A stretch of 32,000 nucleotides of DNA, from contig NC_003551.1 in NCBI RefSeq assembly GCF_000007185.1, positions 1,500,001 to 1,532,000 of the forward strand. The letters are read 5' to 3'. Positions 1 through 9,796 of the stretch are shown here, in pieces (the first letter of the stretch is position 1; each line of letters opens with the position of its first letter). The position numbers and the translations under genes are program-made. Below the pieces are notes generated by a model. That model saw only the letters and a list, made by a program, of their open reading frames with translations, ran no database searches and had not been told where the DNA came from. The DNA is from Methanopyrus kandleri AV19 (GTDB lineage Archaea; JAADCQ01; Methanopyri; Methanopyrales; Methanopyraceae).

Positions 1-867
1 CCATCGATCGATCCGACGGAGGTGAAGGATGAGGTTCTACTGTGCCTGCCGGTGATCAAGGAGATCACCCTGAAGCCGGCAGTGCTCCAAATGGACTGGT
101 ACAAGATACTGGAGAAGGCGGAGCCGGGTAAGGTGTTCGTGAAGCTGGCCCAGGTACACGCGCACGGTGAGGGCGATAAGATAGAGGTGATATACGCGCC
201 GACGAAGGTGGACGCCCTACAGCTGCTGGTGAGCGGTGAGGAGCCGCTGATACCGACCCAGGAGGATATGGTATCGACGATCGTGGATCCGTACATGGAA
301 GAGCTCGAAGCCGTAGTGGACACGAAAATCGACGAGTTCCTGAAGCCGATCCAGGAGAAGGTTCAGGGTAACCCGGCTCTCGAGATCCTGACCGAGAGGT
401 TCCTGCCGACGTTCCTGAAGACGCTGGCCGGGAAACAGATCCTCAGAGTGAAGGAGACCATCGTAAGCGCCTTGATGCCGCACACCCAGTACGTCAGGAC
501 GTTCCTAGTGGGTCTGTACATGTCGCAGTACCCGGACGGGGTGAACGTGAACACGTTGATGGCGCGCAAGGCCGCGTACGAGTCGCCGATGTACGAGATC
601 CTGGTGTCGGCCGTCAAGACATCTTACGATATGATGCTGGAGTCACTGAAGAGCACGCTATCGAACATCATCGACAGTATCGTCGACCAGTACGCGGACG
701 AGATCGCCGAGATGGTGGGCACGACGACCGAGGACGTCAAGCAGACCGTCGAGAAGCTCACGGTAGGCGTCCTGAAGGACCTGCTGACGGGCGACTACGT
801 GGACTACCTCATCAAACTGGTAGCACTGAACGTGCTCACGAGCATGGGCTCCATGGGTATTCTCTAG
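1..867 (+). CDS. Hypothetical protein, 5'-truncated by the window edge (C-terminal 281+ aa)
   Basis: Frame 1 is open from nt 1, with no stop before the GTG at 22. Stop TAG at 865-867. The composition is K/Q/T/M-rich and Arg-poor, unlike neighbouring proteins. It ends in a hydrophobic tail, LIKLVALNVLTSMGSMGIL. I recognise no family. Confidence 0.6.
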   Translation, partial: PSIDPTEVKDEVLLCLPVIKEITLKPAVLQMDWYKILEKAEPGKVFVKLAQVHAHGEGDKIEVIYAPTKVDALQLLVSGEEPLIPTQEDMVSTIVDPYMEELEAVVDTKIDEFLKPIQEKVQGNPALEILTERFLPTFLKTLAGKQILRVKETIVSALMPHTQYVRTFLVGLYMSQYPDGVNVNTLMARKAAYESPMYEILVSAVKTSYDMMLESLKSTLSNIIDSIVDQYADEIAEMVGTTTEDVKQTVEKLTVGVLKDLLTGDYVDYLIKLVALNVLTSMGSMGIL

Positions 868-878
868 CCCCAACCGCC

Positions 879-883
879 TTTTT
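879..883 (+). terminator. Oligo-T tract (T5) 12 nt downstream of the ORF1 stop; possible archaeal intrinsic terminator
   Basis: The sequence ccgccTTTTTcgtg lies directly after the stop. Archaeal RNA polymerase terminates at oligo-T runs. Confidence 0.3.
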
Positions 884-1048
884 CGTGCCTAACGTTAGCG
901 TTCTCGTAACAATTGGGCGGCAGCTTCATTTACCCAGCGCGACGCCACACCTGTAGCGGCACGGCCGAAGGACCGGTGAGGTCACGGGTGTTCCGATGAG
1001 CCGGTGCTCCGGGCCCCCGGTACATCCGACGGCGGCGTCGGGAGGTAG

Positions 1049-2556
<1,508 letters not shown>

Positions 2557-2645
2557 TCTCCGGGACCAGTTAATGCGATAAAGACGAGGGGGTGAGTGAA
2601 AGTCGGGATACCCGCCATCATACAACCTGATGGGTAGGTGATACA

Positions 2646-3560
2646 TTGTCCGATCCGAGGTTCAGCTACTTCCGGACCTTCCGGGAAGTCGTCAGGCAGA
2701 AGAGTTTCTCGAAAGCCGCGGAAGCGCTCGGAATAACTCAAGGGACCGTCAGTAATCAAATCGCCTCACTAGAGCGGTTCTTCGACGCACGTCTCTTCGT
2801 CCGAACACCGGAAGGTGTCGAACTGACCGAAGAGGGCGAAATAGCCCTCGAAGCGATCGAGACAGTCCTGGACGCCGTAGAACGCGCCAAGGACAAGATC
2901 GCCGCTGTATCCAAGGAACCTTCGGGCAAGGTCCGCGTCTCGACCAGTACGGTACCCGGCGGATACCTACTTCCCGGCAGTGTCAAAGAGTTCCGCTCTG
3001 AGTACCCGAAGGTCGACGTGATAATCCGCGTGTGTGACTCACGCGAGGCGACCGAGCACGTGCTCAGCGGCGATGCCGACGTAGCGATAGTGGGAACCGA
3101 CGCGTTCGTGACCAGGAAGAGCGTCGAGGTCGTACCGATAGCCTCCGAGGAACTCGTCGTAATCCTCCCGCCGGATCACGAGCTCGCCGATGCCATGGAG
3201 GTCAGTATCGACGATATCGTGGGCGAACCCTACGTCAACCGTGAGTCCGGTTCCGGAACCAGGAGGGAGGTAGAGAAGTACCTCAAGAGTCACGGGCTAG
3301 GGTTCGAGGATTTCAAGATCGTGGAGGAGGTGGGTAGCACCGAGGCCGTAATCACCTCGGTATCTCAGGGCGCTGGTATCAGCATCATCTCGGAGCGGGC
3401 CGCCAAGCGTGCCGAATCCGCCGGTCTGATCCGGATCGCCCGCCTCGAGGATAGACCCCGTAGGTTCTTCTACGCCCTCAAGTCGGACAAACCGCTCCAC
3501 GCCAGCGCCACGGAGGCGTTCTGGGAGTTCCTCCTCAGCGAGTTCCGTGGAAAAAGTTAG
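2646..3560 (+). CDS. LysR-type transcriptional regulator
   Basis: The N-terminal HTH reads FRTFREVVRQKSFSKAAEALGITQGTVSNQIASLERFFDARLFVRT. A LysR substrate-binding-like domain follows, at about 300 aa total. The TTG start is preceded by AGGTGAT. Confidence 0.85.
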   Translation: MSDPRFSYFRTFREVVRQKSFSKAAEALGITQGTVSNQIASLERFFDARLFVRTPEGVELTEEGEIALEAIETVLDAVERAKDKIAAVSKEPSGKVRVSTSTVPGGYLLPGSVKEFRSEYPKVDVIIRVCDSREATEHVLSGDADVAIVGTDAFVTRKSVEVVPIASEELVVILPPDHELADAMEVSIDDIVGEPYVNRESGSGTRREVEKYLKSHGLGFEDFKIVEEVGSTEAVITSVSQGAGISIISERAAKRAESAGLIRIARLEDRPRRFFYALKSDKPLHASATEAFWEFLLSEFRGKS

Positions 3561-4038
3561 CGAGGTACCTGGCTCGAGTCTTCAACGCCTCAAGAGGATC
3601 CTCGAACCCGTGTGAAGGTAATCCCCCTCCCTCGTAGTCAGGTTTCACGGGTGTCCCGCGTTCCGAGACCTTCACCCCGAGGTCCCAACACAGTTCTTTC
3701 ACGAACCGTTTCTCGGAGCACACGGTGCCCTTCAGGGGAGCGAACTCCGACCACACCTTCAGAACCGAGACGGTGAACCGCACGAGGTCCTTCACGCCGG
3801 ATCCGGACAGTACCCCGACCCTAAGTCCGGTCTTCAGCGCCTCGGAGAAGGAGGCTACCGATCCGGGGACCACGTGCTCGGCCCGGTATTCCACCCCCGG
3901 ATCGAGTAGATCCCAAGAGACCACCAGGATATCCGCCTTGGTCCTTCGAAGGACCTCGGGATTGGGATCGACCACGTCGACGTCGAGGCTCAGACGCTCC
4001 AGTAATCTGGCGTAGTACGGCGTCGCCACGACCCTCAA
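3535..4038 (-). CDS. Hypothetical protein (167 aa), translationally coupled to the upstream DHPS-related gene
   Basis: Its ATG overlaps the stop of the 514-aa gene by 4 nt. The N-terminus (RVVATPYYARLLERLSLDVDVVD...KADILVVS) resembles the N-lobe of class III periplasmic-binding-protein folds only weakly. No confident family assignment. Confidence 0.55.
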   Translation of the reverse strand: MRVVATPYYARLLERLSLDVDVVDPNPEVLRRTKADILVVSWDLLDPGVEYRAEHVVPGSVASFSEALKTGLRVGVLSGSGVKDLVRFTVSVLKVWSEFAPLKGTVCSEKRFVKELCWDLGVKVSERGTPVKPDYEGGGLPSHGFEDPLEALKTRARYLANFFHGTR

Positions 4039-5579
4039 CGTTCCTCGACCTCCTCCAGGATCTTTAAATCGTGTAACAGGCGATCGTAGCGCTCTATCCC
4101 GTCATCCTGGATGTATTGACCGTAAGACTTCAGCCGCTCTTCCGCACGTGCCAGCTCGTACCCTAAGTACAGGGCGTGACGGAGGTCGGACAGCAGTCCC
4201 AGGGACACCGCCGCCGCCCCCAGTTCCAAGCCGTCGTCGGATTCTAAGCGTAACGGTTCGTCATCGCCGCATCTATGCTCTAAGATCAGGACGCCACGGT
4301 CATGGTCCGTCAGGATCACGAAGTCTCCGCGCACGTCTCGTTGTGGCTTCGAGGCGAAGCGCTCGGCGTCGAGACCCGACGCGCTGACACTATCGACACG
4401 TTTGTCTTTGAACACGACGAGGTCCAACCCGACGTCCTTGGGGAAACCGCCGAATTTGTGGGCCACGTAACACATCCTGGACGCCACCGCGAGCTCGAGC
4501 GTGCTCATCTTGGTCTTCCCGCTGGCCTCCGGAGTGAAGATTATAGAGCACTCCAGTTCGACCGCGAGCTGCGCGCAGAGGGCCGAAGTTCCGGGAGAAT
4601 CGGCATCTATGAGCTCGAGCACGTTTCCCGCACCGAAGAAGAGTGGCGCCTCAGGGAACTCCTCGGCCACGGCGCGATATCGCACTATCGATTCCACGAT
4701 ACCTCCCGGTGGATCCATCACTGGGTCCAGGACGTAGTCGACGTCGCGACGTTCGCACAGATCGACCAGCTCTCGGAGCTGTCGGACGGCGATCTCGGGT
4801 TTCTTGTTCTCGGGGACTAAAACCACCGGCACGTCGTACTCATCCGCCAGGTCCACGGGCTCTTTTAAATCCGGGAACGCGTTGAGAAGGATGTCCGCGC
4901 CCGCCTCGACACCCGCCTCGAGAATGCCCGGGTCACCCGAGTCGATGCTCACCGCGACGCGATCTCCCACGCGATCCCGAACCGTCTCCACGATCTGGCG
5001 GACGTCCTCGGGAGACCGCTCGTGGAATCCCAGGTCGACTATTTCGGCACCCAGCTCCGCCCTTCTCTCCGCTTCAGACGCTGCCTCCTCCGGGGAAAGG
5101 TCATCAGCGAACACCTCGGACAGAACTCGCGGTCTACACCCTCGTGCGATCCTTACGGGCCCCACATCGATCCAACTCCGTTCGGGAATATCCCGCTCGA
5201 CATCCCGAACCTTCCGTCCCAGCTCCCGTAGGATCTCGTCACGGAGCAGCACGCAGGCCGGCACGTCCTTGGAGGGGACGAATCCTTCCTCCATCTTGCG
5301 GAGGACCAGGGGAAGGTCACGGGCTTCCCGGGAGCTCAGCCTGAAGTCCGCGTCCAAGGCTTCGTCCAGCTTCCTGACGTCGCCACGGAACCAACCCGGT
5401 AGCAGGATGTAGTCGTACCGCGTGAGGTCCTCTCCGCGCAGCTGCTCGATGACGAAGCGCGTGGTCATCAGCGCGGCCACGTCGATGGGCAGTACCTTGA
5501 CCTCGGCCCACTCGAAATCCTCCGCCGCCTTCCTGACGTCATCGGCGGCCAGCCTACCTGTCAGGAGTAGTACCCTCAC
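4035..5579 (-). CDS. Archaeal dihydropteroate-synthase-related protein (MJ0107-type, tetrahydromethanopterin biosynthesis)
   Basis: 514 aa. The central region (VDLGFHERSPEDV...VSIDSGDPGILEAGVEAGADILLNAF) looks like a pterin-binding TIM-barrel flanked by extra N- and C-terminal domains. This matches the archaeal DHPS-related family as I recall it. Not verified by alignment. Confidence 0.6.
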   Translation of the reverse strand: MRVLLLTGRLAADDVRKAAEDFEWAEVKVLPIDVAALMTTRFVIEQLRGEDLTRYDYILLPGWFRGDVRKLDEALDADFRLSSREARDLPLVLRKMEEGFVPSKDVPACVLLRDEILRELGRKVRDVERDIPERSWIDVGPVRIARGCRPRVLSEVFADDLSPEEAASEAERRAELGAEIVDLGFHERSPEDVRQIVETVRDRVGDRVAVSIDSGDPGILEAGVEAGADILLNAFPDLKEPVDLADEYDVPVVLVPENKKPEIAVRQLRELVDLCERRDVDYVLDPVMDPPGGIVESIVRYRAVAEEFPEAPLFFGAGNVLELIDADSPGTSALCAQLAVELECSIIFTPEASGKTKMSTLELAVASRMCYVAHKFGGFPKDVGLDLVVFKDKRVDSVSASGLDAERFASKPQRDVRGDFVILTDHDRGVLILEHRCGDDEPLRLESDDGLELGAAAVSLGLLSDLRHALYLGYELARAEERLKSYGQYIQDDGIERYDRLLHDLKILEEVEER

Positions 5580-6294
5580 CCGCGAGTTCCCCGAGTCGCT
5601 CCGGGATCTCCTCGGGGTGTCGTAAGACCTCGATACCTTCGATCCGCTCCAGTTTCCTCACGTTTTCCGCGTCGACGGATCTCACCCTCATCTCGTACTC
5701 TAGACCTCCGTGAATGGCATCCTCAGGACAAGCCTCGGCACACTTCCCACACCCCACACACCGCAGCAGCCGGATGAACGCTTTACCGTCCACCATGTCG
5801 ATGGCGCTCCTCGGACACGCGTCCACGCAGATTCCGCATCCCTCGCATCGCTCCCTGAGCACCATATACGGTGTGATCGTGCGGATCTTCCCCTCCTCGT
5901 AGTCGCACGGGACCACCCAGACGGGGACGTCCCCTTTACCAGCCTGCGCCACAGCGTTCGTCACCAGGGTGTCCGCGATACCGTGTGCGATCTTGGCCAC
6001 CGTGTTGGCGGTAGCCGGTGATACTATCAGTAGATCGTACTTTCCGAGCGCGAACCTACCGATGATCGGGCAGCTGGCACCCTCCTCTGACTGCGTGAAC
6101 ACCTCGCGGTAGAAGCCGCCCGGGCAGATCTCCCGCAGGTCGTCCCACAACCCGAACATCCGAACGACTTCCTCACCCGCCTCCGAGAGGAACGCACTGA
6201 TCCGGTGCTCCCGGGAGATTTCTTTCATGATCTTGAACGTCTCCACCAGGAGGTGCGCGGCTCCCGTTATCCCCCAACCTATCCGGAGTCCCAA
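5554..6294 (-). CDS. dmrX: Iron-sulfur flavoprotein, archaeal flavoprotein (AfpA)-like domain plus 2x[4Fe-4S] ferredoxin motifs; DmrX-like dihydromethanopterin reductase candidate
   Basis: The N-terminus GWGITGAAHLL and the segment SPATANTVAKIAHGIADTL are flavoprotein-like. It has two CxxCxxCxxxCP motifs, CEGCGICVDACP and CVGCGKCAEACP. It is adjacent to the DHPS-related gene. The DmrX assignment rests on architecture only. Confidence 0.65.
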   Translation of the reverse strand: MGLRIGWGITGAAHLLVETFKIMKEISREHRISAFLSEAGEEVVRMFGLWDDLREICPGGFYREVFTQSEEGASCPIIGRFALGKYDLLIVSPATANTVAKIAHGIADTLVTNAVAQAGKGDVPVWVVPCDYEEGKIRTITPYMVLRERCEGCGICVDACPRSAIDMVDGKAFIRLLRCVGCGKCAEACPEDAIHGGLEYEMRVRSVDAENVRKLERIEGIEVLRHPEEIPERLGELAGEGTTPDR

Positions 6295-6319
6295 CTGTCC
6301 ACACCCGTAAAAAAGGGAT

Positions 6320-6547
6320 TTAGAACGCGAGAAGCAGCAACGGCACCAACAACACGCCGGCGAAGACCATACCGCAGGCCAGTCCCGCGAACCTGTTCAC
6401 GTTCAGACCGAAGTACAGCCTGGCGTCACGGCCGAAGAACTGGCTGGAGTCCCGTACGTCGTTCACGTAGGTGTCGGCTCGGTCCGTGTCCGCCATGGCC
6501 GGGGCGCCGATGATGACCTCCTTCAGCTCGGACCCTTCCTCCGCCAA
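6320..6547 (-). CDS. Small tail-anchored membrane protein resembling MtrF (tetrahydromethanopterin S-methyltransferase subunit F)
   Basis: 75 aa. The segment VNDVRDSSQFFGRDARLYFGLNVNRFAGLACGMVFAGVLLVPLLLLAF has the V-D...Q..GRD.RL..GL...R..G pattern followed by a C-terminal TM helix, as I recall for MtrF. No other mtr genes lie nearby. Confidence 0.5.
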   Translation of the reverse strand: MAEEGSELKEVIIGAPAMADTDRADTYVNDVRDSSQFFGRDARLYFGLNVNRFAGLACGMVFAGVLLVPLLLLAF

Positions 6548-6669
6548 CGTCGCTCACCCTCGGACCCACTGACACCGGCACCTTTTCAACGTTGCGACCT
6601 CGTCCGACCCGGGGCGATGAGGAAGTGGGTCCGGCCGAACGGGATGAGGTGGGCTGGCGTTCCCGAGCC

Positions 6670-7077
6670 CTATACTTCTACCTTCCCACCGGGTAGAAGC
6701 TTCACGACGTCACCCGTGCTCAGTTCTTCCACGAGATCGCGCTCGGGTCTGTGAAACAGCGGGATATCCCCGAGAACGCACCCCACCACCAGGATCGGTT
6801 CGGCTTCACGCACCACGATACCCGCCGGTGCGGTGCCTCGATCCGCCATCTCCATCAACACGTACGATCCGACGGTGGAACCACGTCCGCCGGGTAGAAC
6901 CAGCACACGGCCCGTCAGCTTCTCCCCGCAGAGCTCGTGGGACGGATCGACCACCTCGCCCGTTTTCGGGTCCACCCCGCCCAGGAAGGAAAGACGTTGT
7001 GAGGATACCAGGACTTCCGCCTCCACGGGCTCCTCGACGTCGACGACGGGCTCGCAGCGGACCGGCGACACGCTCAC
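6670..7077 (-). CDS. Aconitase-X swivel-domain protein (DUF126); putative phosphomevalonate dehydratase small subunit
   Basis: Carries the DUF126 signatures LSFLGGVDPKTGEVVDPSHEL.GEKLTGRVLVLPGGRGSTVGSYVL and GTAPAGIVV. I chose the in-frame GTG at 7077 (alternative 7071). The track start at 7134 would put a T6 tract (minus strand, 7108-7113) inside the gene and add an uncharacteristic N-terminus. Confidence 0.75.
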   Translation of the reverse strand: MSVSPVRCEPVVDVEEPVEAEVLVSSQRLSFLGGVDPKTGEVVDPSHELCGEKLTGRVLVLPGGRGSTVGSYVLMEMADRGTAPAGIVVREAEPILVVGCVLGDIPLFHRPERDLVEELSTGDVVKLLPGGKVEV

Positions 7078-7200
7078 CCCGGACGTGGTGCTCGGAGGAT
7101 ACCATCGAAAAAACGATCGGGGCGTCAGCTGCACCCCGAGATATCGTAGTACTCTACGTTCAGCTCTAACCAGCGACGGTGACGCCGCCTCTTCCTCCGC

Positions 7201-7398
7201 TTACTCCGCGGGCACGATGAGGTCTCGCTCGCCCGCGGGCTCGAACTCTCGCAACGCGCCCTTTGCGAACTCCTTCCTCGGTGACTGGCGGTACCCACCG
7301 TAGACGTAGAACTTCGTGTGCTTCTCCTCCGGATCCTCCTCGAACTTCTCCTTAAGTGCCTTAATAAACAGCGCTTCCTCCTTGCTACGTTCGACCAT
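7201..7398 (-). CDS. Small hypothetical protein (65 aa)
   Basis: The ATG is preceded by GGGGTGGTG. An AT-rich promoter-like region lies upstream. The charged protein-like sequence reads [44 protein letters not shown]. No family recognised. Confidence 0.55.
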   Translation of the reverse strand: MVERSKEEALFIKALKEKFEEDPEEKHTKFYVYGGYRQSPRKEFAKGALREFEPAGERDLIVPAE

Positions 7399-7687
7399 TC
7401 ACACCACCCCTGATCGTACTATCTATTACGATCACCGGAATTAGTAGGCATGCTAAAGTTTAAGTTGAAAATGCGAGGAAGCGGCGGGCGCCGGTTCGCG
7501 AATGTTACAATTAGCGGAACGATTTCGTGAACGTGATCCCGAGCGAGCCAGGTCTTGGGAGACCGTAGTCCCTACCGAACGGGAAATCAACCGCTAAGAC
7601 GCGACATTATCGGGGGATTCGAAGATCCCGTACGAAATCGACGAGCGAGGGGTAGCGCACGAGATCGACGAGATCGACTTAGACCTG

Positions 7688-8737
7688 ATGGAAGAGCCCG
7701 AGAACCTCGCCGTCGTGCCGCCGTCATGCGAAGCCGGACCGTGCGGTAACTCCTGCGTTTTCTGTTACATCAGGCAGAACCCACCCGAGGTGCTCAGAGA
7801 GCACGGTGGAAACGTGGATACGACTCGTCACGACACGTTGAACGATCCGCACCTGGAGGAGCGCGTCGAGCGAGCCCGCGACCGGTACCCCGACCTCCGA
7901 CTCAGGATCGTGGACACCGCGGGGAACGTGGGAATCGACGAGGGACGCGTCGAGTCCCTGGCGGCGGCCGGGATAGACGAGGTTCAGATCTCGTTGCACA
8001 CCACGGTTCCGGAGACGCGGAAGAAACTGATGGGGAACCCGAACGCGGACGAGTTGTTGGAGCTGCTACCGAAGTTCGAGGACGTCGGCATCGACGTCAT
8101 CGCCGATCTAGTGCTCACTCCCGGATACAACCTCAGGGAGCTACCCCGCACGTGCGAAGACTTGGAGACGATGGGGGCCAGGCAGGTCCGCGTGTTTCCG
8201 GTCGGAGGTACGGACCTCGCCCGTGGGTTCCGGTTCCCCACCCGGAGGGAGTTGGAGTGGATGCGAGAGACCTCCCGGCGATTGGATTGTGAGCTGAATA
8301 TTGAGGTGATACCCTCACCTACGATCGACGCGCTGCTAGGTGAACCCGCGTTCGACCCGCCGGATCTCCCGGAACCGGACTTCGAGGCCGTAATCGTCGT
8401 CGGTGAACTGGCCGCTCCTATTTTCGAACCGGCGGTCCGAGAGCTGGAGAACGTCGAGCTGCTCGTGGTGAAGAACCGGGTGTTCGGCGGTGTGATCGGG
8501 GCGTCGAGCCTGCTCACCGCGAAGGACGTTCTGAGGGAGATCGAGCGTTACGAGCCTCGGACGGAGTTCCCGGTCCTGATCCTCCCCGACGCCATGTTCA
8601 GTCCCGACGGCAGGACACTCGACGGGTGGTCCCGCGAGGAGTTAGTGGGGAAGTTAGCGGCGCTCGGGTACACGGTGGTGACGTGCAGAAAACCCGAAGA
8701 GGTCGCGAAAGTCCTCGCATCCCCCTCACCGTGGTGA
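7688..8737 (+). CDS. Radical SAM enzyme with DUF512-type C-terminal domain (Mmp10-like architecture)
   Basis: The CxxxCxxC motif CGNSCVFCY lies near the N-terminus. DUF512-like motifs follow: DLVLTPGYNLRELPRTCEDL and KNRVFGGVIGASSLLTAKDVLREI...VLILPDAMF. In methanogens this architecture is that of methanogenesis marker 10, the MCR arginine methyltransferase. The gene is not next to mcr here, so that specific call is tentative. Confidence 0.8.
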   Translation: MEEPENLAVVPPSCEAGPCGNSCVFCYIRQNPPEVLREHGGNVDTTRHDTLNDPHLEERVERARDRYPDLRLRIVDTAGNVGIDEGRVESLAAAGIDEVQISLHTTVPETRKKLMGNPNADELLELLPKFEDVGIDVIADLVLTPGYNLRELPRTCEDLETMGARQVRVFPVGGTDLARGFRFPTRRELEWMRETSRRLDCELNIEVIPSPTIDALLGEPAFDPPDLPEPDFEAVIVVGELAAPIFEPAVRELENVELLVVKNRVFGGVIGASSLLTAKDVLREIERYEPRTEFPVLILPDAMFSPDGRTLDGWSREELVGKLAALGYTVVTCRKPEEVAKVLASPSPW

Positions 8738-8859
8738 GCCCTCCGCAAACGCTCCCTTCGTCATCCGTCCGTCCGGGGTGGGCTCGTCATCGGGCGCGCG
8801 GCAAGCCTTTTGGTGGACCCGCACCCGTCAGGTATGCTCGATCCCCACAGGCGCGGGGT

Positions 8860-9792
8860 TTGAACTTGCGATTGACGGTACTCTCCGGTGGCACCGGGAC
8901 ACCGAAGCTGCTCCGGGGCTTGCGGGAGCTAGAGGCGGACTTCTCGGTGATAGTCAACACCGGAGAGGACGACGAGATCCTCGGTCTGTACGTGTCCCCG
9001 GACGTGGATACGGTGCTATACACCCTCGCCGGCATCGTCAACGACGAAACCTGGTACGGTATCAAGGACGACGGGTTCCGTGGACACGAGTTCCTGGAGA
9101 GGCTAGGAGTTGACGAGCCCCTGAGGATCGGTGACGCCGACCGCGCGCTCAAGCAGTACCGGACGTACCTGATGCGGGAAAAGGGACTGAAGCTCTCCGA
9201 GGCCGTCGACGAGATCCGACGGCGGCTCGGTATCAAGTGGAAGGTGTACCCGATGACCGACGATCGGGTCACGACTATAGTCGAGACCGACGAAGGGGAC
9301 TTACACTTCAGGGAGTTCTGGGTCGAGCGGGGCGGCAAGCCCCCGGTACGCGGAGTGAGGTACGAGGGGGCCGAGGAAGCCTCCCCGCCGCCCGACGCCG
9401 TCGACGAGTTGCTTAGGGCCGACGTGGTCCTGATAGGCCCTAGCAATCCGGTGACGAGTATCGGGCCTATACTATCGATCTCCGAAATCCGCCACATCGT
9501 CCGGGAGAAACCCGTCGTGATGGTGTCCCCGTTCATCGGGCGCGAGCCCGTGAGTGGTCCTGCGGGTAAGCTCATGAGAGCCGTCGGTTTCGAGCCCTCG
9601 GTCCGTGGTCTCGTGGAGTACTACCGGGAGTGGGGTGTAGAACCGGACGTCCTGATCATGGACGAGCGGGACGACGTGGAACTCCCCGAGGGATTGGAAG
9701 TCGTTCGGACCGACACCCTCATGCGCGATGAGAAGGACTCCGTGAGGCTAGCTCGCGAGGTCCTCCGTATCGTGGAGGAATTGGTGGGGTAA
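8860..9792 (+). CDS. cofD: 2-phospho-L-lactate transferase (coenzyme F420 biosynthesis)
   Basis: Begins LRLTVLSGGTGTPKLLRGL...VIVNTGEDDEILGLYVSPDVDTVLYTL, typical of CofD. The start is set at the in-frame TTG at 8860 (alternatives 8866/8872), giving about 310 aa. The track ORF from 8626 overlaps the preceding gene with Arg/Pro-rich junk. Confidence 0.9.
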   Translation: MNLRLTVLSGGTGTPKLLRGLRELEADFSVIVNTGEDDEILGLYVSPDVDTVLYTLAGIVNDETWYGIKDDGFRGHEFLERLGVDEPLRIGDADRALKQYRTYLMREKGLKLSEAVDEIRRRLGIKWKVYPMTDDRVTTIVETDEGDLHFREFWVERGGKPPVRGVRYEGAEEASPPPDAVDELLRADVVLIGPSNPVTSIGPILSISEIRHIVREKPVVMVSPFIGREPVSGPAGKLMRAVGFEPSVRGLVEYYREWGVEPDVLIMDERDDVELPEGLEVVRTDTLMRDEKDSVRLAREVLRIVEELVG

Positions 9793-9796
9793 CACG

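Noticed and set aside
7611-7630. CGGGGGATTCGAAGATCCCG, considered as a tRNA T-arm (TTCGAA loop) and hence a possible hidden tRNA gene.
   Set aside because: The stem is imperfect and the loop has the wrong size. No acceptor, D or anticodon arms can be built from the flanking sequence.
7688-8737. The radical SAM gene as FO synthase CofG/CofH, because it precedes cofD.
   Set aside because: The C-terminal half carries DUF512-type motifs (PGYN..L.RT..DL and N..FGG.I..S.LLT..D) rather than CofG/H features. A 122-nt gap with a T-run separates it from cofD.
8626-8859. 78-codon N-terminal extension of the cofD ORF, overlapping the 3' end of the radical SAM gene.
   Set aside because: The extension is Arg/Pro/Gly-rich junk. 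CofD homology begins at LRLTVLSGGTG, and in-frame TTG codons at 8860-8872 give a canonical length.
8787-9575. Long antisense ORFs. Examples: 262 aa opposite cofD; 7984-8517 opposite the radical SAM gene; 4804-5412 opposite the DHPS-related gene; 12160-12768 opposite the PurM-like gene; 14573-15178; 25177-25674; 28552-28962.
   Set aside because: All are Ser/Arg/Pro/Thr-rich low-complexity translations lying opposite genes with clear family signatures. This is typical of stop-codon-poor alternative frames in GC-rich DNA. None has motifs or a plausible ribosome-binding site.
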